DNA of 30,163 nucleotides from a virus (taxonomy: Duplodnaviria; Caudoviricetes): positions 1-30,163 of the IMG/VR virus record IMGVR_UViG_3300020305_000257; one strand, 5' to 3'. How positions within the stretch are numbered: position 1 is the stretch's first letter; each line of letters starts with the position of its first letter. Shown in pieces: positions 11,701-23,700 of the stretch. The position numbers and the translations under genes were made by a program. The notes below the pieces were generated by a model. The model made no database searches. It was not told the origin of the DNA and was given only the letters and a program-made list of their open reading frames with translations.

Positions 11701-14700
11701 CGAGGATAAGAATGGTTAGTAGCATTATCATCCATTGTGCAAGTGAATGTAATGGAGTCATCTTCTAACTTAATATACTCACCAACATTCAATGTATGAG
11801 CACCGATAGTCAATACCATCATACCAGTGGCAGGGTCATAAGTTGCACCTGTTGGTGTCCAAGATACTAATGGAGATGTGCCAACATTAAGGTCAATAGT
11901 TGTAGCAGTTGGATTCTGTACTTGAATTGGAGTATTGAATGCAGGGTCACCAGCTCTAGGATAATCATGGAAAGTTTCATTTCCATCCATAGTGCAAGTA
12001 AACCTTATAGACTGAGGTCTAACTGTAACACTGTCAGCTGTAGTCCATGAGTGTCCTCCACTCAATGTTAATTGCATGATACCAGTGCTTGCATTATAAG
12101 TTGCACCAGTTACATCTTTCTCTTCTAATTCTACTGCACCATTAGCATAAGGTCCTGCATATGTTGTTGGGTCTTTCAACATATAACCTGTCTCAGAGAC
12201 AGTAGCATTTCTCTTATAATAGAGTAAATTATTGATTGCTCTAAATGTTAAATCTCTTGCTTTAGTAATTGCAGTGATTGAAGGTCCTTCCTCACCAGTT
12301 AATCCATTAGTAATAGGACTTCCTGCAGCAGTGAAATACTTCTTAGTAAATTCTACAATATTGAAGTTACCACCTTGTGCAACGTCTTCTGCTAATGCAT
12401 CAAGCATTAACCCAATATCACGACGACATTTAGTCTGGCCTGTAGTATATGTTCCAGCAGTTTCATCAGGCAACTCTGTTAGATTACCATTGGTTAGAGT
12501 TGTATCTACAATGTCATGTAAAGTTGTGATTGCTGCTTGCACATCAGAGCAATTATCTGTGCCATTATTAGATGTGTTAGCTCCTGCTGTACCATAGTCA
12601 TCATTAGGTGATGGGTCAGCAGTAATACCATGACCAGTATATCCACCACTATCTACTTCATTATGAGCGTAGAATGTGATACCTGTTAGACTTCCAGAAG
12701 ATGCAGTATAGTTTGCAGTAATATTATTGACTATCGCTAACTTCATCCATTCTTTTGCTCTAGTGAAACCATAACGTGTTTCAGCAGATTCATTATTTAC
12801 ATATACAAAGTTACCACTTGCATCGAAGTAATCTTGTGATAATTTACGTGTATAGACGTTACCACCTCTGAAGATGTCAACAGAGATTGCATCGATGTAA
12901 TAATGAAGGTCACGGATACACTTGCCTGGGTCAGATACTGTAAGAGATGGATACTGTGTAATCATCTCATCATATGCTACAGCAGCAATATAATCTTTAT
13001 TGAGTTGTATTAGTCTATATGCATCAGAATATCTTGACCAAGGATTAGTAATAACATCACCTGGGAAATAGAAGTATGGATGCTCAACTGCAATCTGTGC
13101 ATCAGCAAAATCAATAATTTCTTGTTTATTACCAAGAATCATCGCAGAAGCATCTTTAAATCTGTTTTCTGCACTACCATGGAATGATGAGTTAGGATTA
13201 TTGTAACTAACTCTCTTATTGATGATTGTTTCCCCTGCAGATATTGTGCCACCAGATAATCCAGTATATTCAACTTCTGTGCTTCTTACTTGCTCAAAGT
13301 CTAAGAAATCATCATTTATTCTCTGAGAAGAATCATATAACTGTGTAGGTGTAATTGAAGATTTAGAAATGTCATCTACGATTACGTTGGGGTTTGTGAT
13401 GCTAACAAGACGCTCAAATAGTAATCCGAAGAATGTAGAGCCAGGGTTGATAACTAACTCGTCTACAACGTCTAAAGTTACAGGATCGCTGTATGGAGCG
13501 ATATATGTAATTTGACCAGCTATTTTAGACCTAGCAGAGTAAACATATTCATTTAATCTTAAATCAAAGATTCCAGTCTCAAATTTAGGAGTACCTGATG
13601 TTTTACTTACAACAATACGGTCACTAATGACTCCTTGAGTATCAACGTTTGTTTCTTCGATAATTGCAGTATCACCTTCTAAATTAGTGATAGATTCGCC
13701 AAATTCAAAGATAGTTTCAGTATTGACTAAAGTTACAGACTGTACAAGTGCAGAGAAGAGTGTTGACCTTGTAATCTCTTCATTAAGTTGGAATGTGCCT
13801 CCAGTAACGTTTATAACGTCAATATGTGCTAATCCAACATCAATAACAGTTGCTATAGTGTCTGAGAAAGCACCTTGCACTTGTTGACCTAAAGTTGGGA
13901 AAATACCAAACTCATTTGTGCCATTTGAGTCATAAAGAGCAATTCTGTAGATAGGAGTTGTAGTAATTCCTAAAGACCTGTAATTAACCTTAGATGGTGG
14001 TTTAGGAGGCTCAGCAAACACAATTTGTCCACCAACAACTTGATATGATTCACCTGGGGCTTGGACAACACCATTTAACGTAATTAGTAACTGGTCGTCC
14101 TGTACGATGACTTGCTCACCTTCAACAGTGATTGGGAATTGTTTATCGATACCATTAAATCCACCAGAGATGTCATCCATCTTTTTAACGATAGATGTCA
14201 AGATTTCTTCAGAAGATGTTAATCTTCTCTTTCTGAATAAGACTTCTGTGTTGTTATAGTCAGTATAGATTGGTTGAGCAGCAGCAAATGATGTAATCTC
14301 ATTTGTATTACTATAGTTGTTAATATTAACTTGTTTTGTAAATTCTGTACCAATATTCCTTCCAGAAATATCTTTACCACCAGTCAACTCAAGTTGACCA
14401 AACATATTGAATCCTGCAGGGTGATTATTCTCTAATACCTGAGTTTTCCAATCTGTAATAGGAATTTGTGACTTAATAACATAAGAGAAGTTTTGATAGA
14501 AATAAGAGTCTTGAATTTTCTGGACAATCTCTGATGGTTTACCAACATCATCAATAAACCTACCTGGGGTGCGTGTTAGTGGGCCAATATTCAATACACC
14601 ACGAGCAATACTGAGGTTATCGATAACACCAGCTGCTTTTGATATAGCTCCAGTTACTCTTTCTCCTGCAACCCATTCACCTGTATAATCAACAATCTTA

Positions 14701-17700
14701 AGAATCTTAGGACCTATTTGCCAACCAGTGTTTGTAGAAACTTTACCTTCTGCAGTTGCAGTCTCAATACTACTACCTTGATAAACTTCCTCACCTTCTA
14801 AGAATCTAGATGTTTCTACAACTGCAGTTGCTTGACCACCAAACACCTCAGTAAGTAATGTCTGACGACCACTACCTTGTGTCAAGAATGTGATATAATC
14901 TCCACCTTGTGCTGATTGAAGAGTCAAACCAAAACGTAATTGGTCAGTCTCTAGTCCTGCTGCTTCTCCTGCTATAGCATAGTAAGTCTGTCCTGCAACT
15001 AAACTTGTTAAACCCGCACTACTTGGTTTTGGTAATTCTCCAACTGTGCTACCAACACTATCAGCACGGAATTGGACTTCTGCACCAGTTGTAATACCAT
15101 GTGGGAAGTTAAACTGTAGATAGTTAAGGTCTAAGTTAACAACATAGTTAAATTCTGATTTTAGAGTTACAGTAGGCTCAGATGAATATCCTCCACCTGG
15201 GTTTTTAATAATAATTTCAGAAAGACGATTATTCTTAATTACTGCCTCAGCAGCAGCTCCTGTGCCTCCACCACCTTCAATTATAACAGCAGGAACTGAA
15301 GTATATCCTGAACCTGGATTTGTAATTTTAATCTGTGAAAGTATTGATGTATTGAAGAGTTGTAAGTTAACAGGGAATGTAATCTCTGGTTTTAACGTGT
15401 AGTCATGTGAATAACCGAAACCAAATTCATTATTCTTCAATCTCTTAATCTTACCAATATTTCTACCAGTTAAGAATACAGATGCACCACTACCTTCTGA
15501 TGGAATAACAACATTTACTGCACCACCAGAACCTGCAAGTGTGCTACCTAAGATACCTGGGATAGCATCGATATCAATAGATGCAGTTGTGTATCCCTTA
15601 CCTGGGTCGGTAACTGCTGCACTTCTAATTGTGCCTGACCCAACTTCATCATCTAATTCTACAGTAATCGCTGCTTTAGCACCTTCACCATCTCCTGCAA
15701 TAGGGACATCATAGTAAACACCTGGGGCATATTCTGTACCTCCGTCAGTAACAGTAATCTTTTCAATCTGTCTGAATGATGCGATGTCACTGATGATAGG
15801 TAACTTCTGATAGAAACCACCTGGGCTAACCAGTTTAATACTATTAATAGGACCTACTGCTCTTGTAGAAGTTGTAGAATAGAAAGAATATGGATTATCA
15901 AATTCGTCTGTAATAATTTCAGCAGAAGACCTCTCAGGTTCTTTCAATAGTGGGAATTTGAATTGGAAGTCTGTCTCAATAGAAGATATAGTAAATGTGC
16001 CTTGGAATGGAGTTGTTATAACATCAATGAATGAGTTTTCTCCAACAGGTGAATCTGCTCCAAGTCTAGATGGGTCAAAGTAGTAAGAAATGTTAGTAAC
16101 TTGACCTAAGGTAGAGAATTTAACAAAAGGTGCATTATTTCCTGTTGAATCAATACCTGGGGTACCTATTCTTTCAATGTTGTTAAATGAATACTCTAGT
16201 TTGTATTGGTTGTCTTGTGAGAATGATAGGTAGTAACCAAAGTTAGAAACATCTGATACATCAAAAACATATTGATGATTTCTAGTAAATTCTAAGGTTG
16301 GGTGCTTACCATATATGTTAACTCTAGCGATTGCATTATTAACAAATGCAGGGTCACTTACTGCTGTTGCTCTAATAGCAAATGTAAATTCTCTAGACCC
16401 TATTACTTGGTCAATAAAGAAACTACCATTAAACTGGTCGCCAGTAAATCCTTCTGTAAATAAGATATCTCCAACTTTGAAATTATGTGCACTATTAGAA
16501 GTTGCATACACAAATTCAGTCCTTGCTTCCGATGTCCTAATAATATCTTTTTCTAATCTAGCAGTAACACGAATCTTCTTAACACCCGCAAATCCTGATA
16601 TCTCAACGCTCTTCTCATCAGCAGCAAGAGTTATATTACCACTATTAAGTGAAACAACGTCCCCAGGAATGTATGTTGAGCCAGGCTGCACTGCTTCAAT
16701 TCTAACAGTGTAGTTGTTACCCATGTCATATCCCATCAACCTTGTATAAAGACTGATTGCTTCTCTAGTTTCTACAAATGTCCATGTTACACCACCATCT
16801 GTATCATCACCAGTAGTGTGTATAGGTGCGGTTGTGCCTGCAACACCACCACCACTGACTGCTACCTGATAAACATTCAACTTATACCATACACGTTGTC
16901 CAGTAGCATATAACAATCCAGGTACCCACTCAGGCATATCAAGGTCAAGATATAGAGGTCTAGGATATGGATGCTGTGTTAGGTCAACAGTAAATTTACC
17001 CGCATCATCTATAAATGCCCAGTTAATAACTCCATCACTTACAACACCAGTTGTATGGACAGGTGAAATAGTGCCTGATGTGCCTGCACCCTGTGCTGCA
17101 TAGATTCTCTTACCATTGTAGACTCTATCTCCTGTATTATATGCAGTGCCTGCTACCCAAGGATCTTCCTCTTCAATAGTGTCAAAATAAGTGCCTGTAA
17201 TCTGATTTACATCGGCAGGACTAGCTGTTGTGCGGAATCTATCAGTATTATTAAATGTGCCATATGTTTTACCAATTTTATATTTCGTTCCATACCCAGG
17301 TGCTAGTAATGTGCCTTCTGGGACATCAACAATAGTAGCATATGCTGTTGTGATTCCTGATGAATTAAATTGCTGTATTATACTTCCCTTAGTCAGTGTT
17401 ACATCCTGATTAAAGGTAAACTCCATTACGTTATCAACTTTCTGATATAATGCATCTCTTAAGTAGAATTTGCTAACAACGTTTGCAGTAACTTGTAATG
17501 ATTTACCTTGTGGTGATGGTATTGTAGAAGTTTTAGTGCCATATTCATATTTGTCTGCAGTCAATGTATATGTGCTATTAGTCAGAGTTGATACTGTCTG
17601 AGACATATCAAGAATCTGTAATCCACCAGGTCCTATTTCCCATACGCTAATTGCAGGGATATTAACATCACTCCATAATGTATTAGCAGTTATATCTGTA

Positions 17701-20700
17701 AATGTATAGGTTGAATGATTAGTCAAACCTGACATTGTATATGACCCTACCTTACTATGCAATCTATCAAACTTAATAAGAGCAATATCACTATTAGACA
17801 TAGTAATAGGAATCTCAGCAGCAGGAGTAGAGAATGTTGCAGAATAAGGTGCTACATCATCAATTACTAAATCATCAACATGACCAACATAGCAATTAGC
17901 AGATGTTGGTGAAGATGCAGGTCCTCCGATAGTTAGTGCACCTAAAGATACATCTGTAGTGCTCTGATACTCAATCGCTAGGTTACCATTAATATAAACT
18001 TCATACTTATAAAGACCTAATGATTCTTGACGCTTCTGGAATAAAACATGATTCCATGCTGCGCTACCAAAACCTGTCCAGTATGTTGCTGCAGTAGATC
18101 CTGCAACTTGGACATTATTAAGATGAATATAAACTTTACCAAACCCAGGTGATGTTGCATCTCCATCTAATTCACAGAATATCTCTTCACCAGTTGTAGG
18201 TGTTACATGAAATAGTATTGGTTTATGATTAGTTGCATATGTTGTGGTATTCATAGCAAACCAAGCCTGTGTAGACCACTCAACACTTACTTTGTTTAGA
18301 GCGGTTATAGCAACAGGTGCAGCAGAGTTAATCTTCATTGACCCTGTGCCAAACTTATAGATGTTGGTATCTACAGATATCTCAGATTGGTTTACATACT
18401 GCCATGTGCCAGTATTAAGTTTAGTATGGTCGAATGTTAAATTGGTATCATCATTAAAACGGAATGATGCCATTTGATTTGGCACTTGACGGTCAATAGC
18501 AATTATTGGGTCACCAGAACTATCTACAGAGTGTCCTTTTGACCTAAATCCGACAGTAGCAGTATCATCAACTTTAGTTTCACTAATAATTGTGCCATTA
18601 TACTTCATATAAGTGATAATGGAATATCTGTTATTCTCTGACTCATCAACGTCAGTTACAACAGTATAATTACCAAACTCATCAACAGTAACACCAGAAT
18701 GATACATGTTTCTGTAAGTTGTGCCACTAAGACTTAATGTCTTTGCCCACTCCCATGATGATTGAGCAGTTGAATATGCAAATTTATTAATTTGTATTTT
18801 ATCATTCTTTGCAGAAGCATTATTATAGACGTTAAAGACTAAGACAATATCTCCATACTCATCTTTAATAAATTTGGGGTTTCTAACATATCCACCGATA
18901 GCTGGCATCTGACGAATATAAGCAATTTCAATATTTGCTCCATCATAATAGATTTCACCAAATATTAAATCATCATTTTCATCATTTACACCACAGAAGA
19001 AGAATCTATCATTAGATACCCACATAATCTGATGTAATTCCTCAGATCCATCTTCAGATGCAATTTTACGTTTCTCTACTAAGTTACCATCAATATCACA
19101 CTGAATAATCCACATGTCATTAGGATCAGGTGAATTACTGTCAGTATAACCACCAATGTAGATACGATTCTCTTGGTCTAATGCAATAGTAGTAATATAG
19201 TCTCTTCTTGTGCTACCTGATATACCAGCTATTGCTTTCTGCCATTGTAAAATACCATCAGGGTTGTTAGCATTATTGAATCCAGACTCAAATTTTGCTA
19301 ACCATACGTCTGGGTTGTAGACTGCGTTGTCAGGGTCATATGTTTGGCCTGCAACATAAATGACGTCGTTTTCTTGTGACGCATCAATATGCATCTTGAT
19401 GAATTCGGCTCTCTTTTGATTCTGGTTTTGTGGGATGTAATATCTTTCCCAAACCTTTTGTCCTAAGTCATCAAACTTAGTAATGAAACCAGATTGGTCT
19501 GCATCAGCCTCAATGATAGTACCACAGATATATGTGAAACGGTCTTCAGTTGTTTGAATATCATTAATCTCTATAGTAGCACTTGCTTCAAAATACTCTG
19601 CTAACCAGTAACGAGTTTTCTTAAATTGTTGTGGATGTGAAATACGTATCTGTGGAGGATTTGCAGTATCGTATCCATTACCTGAGTTTATAATATCAAC
19701 AGTATCAATATTACCAGTATTAAGTAAATTAATTTGTAACTGAGCATCTTGACCAGACGCAGTAATTAACTCAAATGTAGGAGGTATGTCAGCATTGTAT
19801 CCTGTACCTGTTTGTGTTACTGATAATGATTCAATACCCGCAACAACTTTTACTTTGAATAGTTTATTAGTATTGTCAATTACTGGGGTTGAGTTAACAA
19901 TGATTTCATCTTGTGCACGCAACTCATGACCAATATCAGTTGTGATGACACCGTAAGGACGGTCATTAATCATCTCCTTAACATACTGGACTATGGTATT
20001 ACCCTTAACAGATTCAATAATAGCAGAAGCACCAAAACCACCTGTATCAGTATCATCAAAGAATACGGTATCATTGACCTGATATGATATACCTGGGTTT
20101 TCAATAACAAATCCGTCTATTTGAGCATCTTCAAACTGTGTAGTTGTTTCAACTTCAATGTCAACTCTAGATTCTGCAGATACTCTTGGGAAGTAATCAT
20201 ATATCTGTAGAGTTGCTTCTTCTGACATCTCAAGTATTTCTTGCTGCTCATTAGCATCGATAATACCGTCATTATTACTATCCTGTATTTCAAAGATAAT
20301 AGGATATCCTTCTATCTCAGTTGTAAGGACATCTGCCTCTTGGTTAGGTTGACGGTCAACATCAATATCAACATTTACATATGGGTCTCTATATCTTACA
20401 ACACCGTCTGGAATATTCTCTTGTGTTGCAGTTTGAGAGAAATTCCAATTATCAGGAAGTGAGTTAAACTGAGGTCCTAAGATATAAGGGAATTCTGGAA
20501 TACCAGTGTCTGATGCATCAATAGTAATGAAGTATGCATATGTGCCATCAGGATACTCAGGTGTTTTACAAAAACGCCCATTATAGTTGTCTAAGTCACC
20601 AGACTGGAAGTCATAGAAGTAATCAGCAACGAATGTACCTGCAGGGTAAGTGGAAAGTAGAGGTCCGTCAACTCTAGCAGGGTTTGGGTTAGTTGCTTCA

Positions 20701-23700
20701 TCATATACAACATTTGCCTTCAATTTATATGATGTACGTAATCTTCTAATACCACTGTTTTGGTCAGTTGGGTCAATATAAGCATAAGGTCCGTAAATTG
20801 GGTTACCATCAAATGCCCAACCTAATATTGGAGAATGTTGGAAATTAGATTCTAATTCTTGGAAATTTTGGGTAACAGGATTTAAGAATACGTTATCACC
20901 AACAACATATCTTAATTCTTTAGGGTCAGATAGATGTGCATATTCACCACCAAACTGGTTGTTATATCCAGTAAATACATATCCTTTTGCATTATCATAA
21001 TTAGATGCTAATTCATATTCTAAGTTTTTATTCCATTTGAAGACTTCTGGAGTAAATGATGCAAGTTGACCAACTGCTTCTAATCTAACAGTTGTAAGCC
21101 CCTGTGTATATCCTATACCTCTATTTGATATTACAATACTCAATACACGCCCTTTATCTTCACCAACTAACCCAATAGTTGCTTTTGCAATCGCACCAAA
21201 TCCATCACCATTGATAATAACAGTTGGGGCAGTTGTATATCCACTACCTGAGTTAATAATAGCGATAGAAACTATACGACCATTAATAACAATAGGTTGT
21301 GCTAAAGCACCTTCACCAGAGTTAACTTTAATAGCAGGCAATGAAGTGTAACCAGTACCAAAGTTAGTAATATTAACAGATTCAATAGAACCTCTAACAC
21401 TTGCAGTAGCAGTTGCACCTGTGCCTCCACCACCTGTAATTGACACACTAGGTTGTGCTGTAAATCCACTACCACCTTGCTCAACTAGAATTCTAGTAAC
21501 TCTACCACCAGTAATAACTGCCTGTGCAGTTGCACCACTACCATTTCCACCAACAATCGATACAAGAGGTGATTCTGTGTAGCCACTACCACCGTCTGTC
21601 ACATCAAACCCTGTAAGACTACCATTAACAATTACCTCAGCAGCAGCACCTGTTCCTCCACCACCAGTAATTTCTACAGTTGGTTTTGCTCCTGCATCAT
21701 ATCCTTCACCAACGTTATCAACAGAAATCTGTGTTAACGGACCAAACTGGACAAATTCACCAGATTTATATCCCCAGATAGATACACCGTTTATCCATGT
21801 ACCTATAGGACTGTTAGCAGCAATATCTTGTCTTTCAGAAATAGTTTGGACAAGTCTAGGGAATCTTAGTAACTTTCTTTGGTTTCCTGGGATTAGAGCA
21901 GACCCTGTAAACGGACCTATCTTATAGTTGGGTAATCCTGACGCTGCAACATAAACATAGGTATCATTAAAGAATGAGTTTTGAATATTAGTTGTAAATT
22001 CACTAACAACGTTATTGATAGATGTTACATCTGACTTACCTCTGTTTAAATCAACAGATAGTAGAATATTTCCCTCAGGTATAATTTCTGTAGGGACGTT
22101 TATCTGATAGGAGAATGAAAAGTCGTCTAGACGAGCAGTTACTGTAAATGTGCCATTATAGACAACAGGGTTTGCACCATATATCGTAACTTGGTCAGAA
22201 ACAAGTAAACCATGTGGATTATCACAAACTACAGTTGCAGTCTGGTTATTAACACCACCTGGGGTAATAGTTGTAACTTGAATAAGTTTTTTAACGTTAT
22301 ATAACCAAGAAGTCAATCTTTCGTCAATAGCAGTTGACCCAAGATTAGCAACTTTTAATTTATCACCTTTAATGTAATATGACCCAGTATCGTTTAGTAC
22401 TGTTGTACCTGCTTCAGCAATACCGAGAATTCTCATCTTACACTCGGTAGGTTGTCCTTGATTGGTATATACGAAAATATCAGACTGGACAATTGTACCA
22501 GGATCCCAATCTTCTACAATACCGTTTTTACTTCTAGTACACTCAATAAATTGGTTTAATGACTTTTCTTTATACTGGACATTCTCTTGGTCGTTAATTA
22601 ATATAGTACCATTTCTTTCTGGCCATCCAATAGTCGAGTCAACGGTAATTATTTGCCCATCTGTAGTTAAAGGCTCAACTAGAGTTGTTTTATAAGGAAT
22701 CTTGAAAGTACCAACTAATGTCTCTTCTGATATTGCCAATTCATAGATTGTGTCAGTACCTTCAATAATAGTAATGACATTTTCAATCAATGCATTTGCT
22801 AATTTGATATTTTGGTCAACAGCATCTGCATATTGGACTACTTGAGAGTCAATTAAGTTAGAAGGGTCACCACTAATCAACTCAGCACGTAAAACGGTGT
22901 CTACGACCCATGTAGCGTTGGATGGTGAGATGATTTCATCTCTAGGATAGAATAGTGATACATTCTCACCAAACAGTATTTTAAACAAATACTGAGTTGC
23001 TAATTCTGTACCTTTTGAGATATAGAAATCACCAATATTTTTAATTACTTGTACTGGGTCTACTTTTGAAAAATCAATGTCAATAGTAGGAAGATACTGT
23101 CTTCTAAACTTATCAAATACTTCTTTGATAAACAAACTGTCAAGGTTTGCAACAACTGCTCCAGAAAGGTGATTTGACTGCCTTAATGAAGATTCTCCTG
23201 CATATACCTCGTTATGATAATTGTCGTATGAGACCGCTCCAGAAACGCCTCTACTGCAGTTTAAGAAGGCGGAAGGTGAATACCCACTACCAGGTTCTAT
23301 TACGTCATATCCAGTAACTTCATCAAATCCAACATCTAGAGATGCTCTTGCTGCTTTAGGCTCAGCAATGAAGATTCTTGGTGGAAACTCTGCAGAATAC
23401 CCAGTACCAAAATTGGTAATGTTAATATCAGTAATTTCACCGTTGAATATAGTCGCTGCTGCTTCTGCACCAGTACCTCCAATAGGTTCGCCAAATCCAT
23501 CTTTCCTATCGTCAACAATATAAACAGATGGAGCATCATTATAACCACTACCACCTGTTAACATTTCAATGTTAGTAACTGACCCAGATGCAACAGTAAC
23601 ATCTAAAACTTGAGCACCAACAGGGTCTACAATCTTAACTCTAGGTACAGATGTATATCCTCTACCTCTATTGATTATTTGTATTTCATATACTTGTCCA

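Noticed and set aside
6480-12120. DGR template/variable repeat pair or CRISPR-like array among the repeats
   Set aside because: The repeats are conserved at protein level and diverged at synonymous sites. There is no adenine-specific near-identical pair, no fixed repeat-spacer pattern and no reverse transcriptase in the window.
8800-13170. A free-standing host-derived phycobiliprotein gene (cpc/cpe AMG)
   Set aside because: The similar segments are in-frame internal domains of gp7, highly diverged and without their own starts or stops.
1311-23554. Short minus-strand ORFs in alternative frames (1311, 2022, 3776, 11402, 21302, 23336)
   Set aside because: Out-of-frame shadows inside the YHYH and gp7 genes with the Leu/Val/Gln-rich composition typical of shifted frames.
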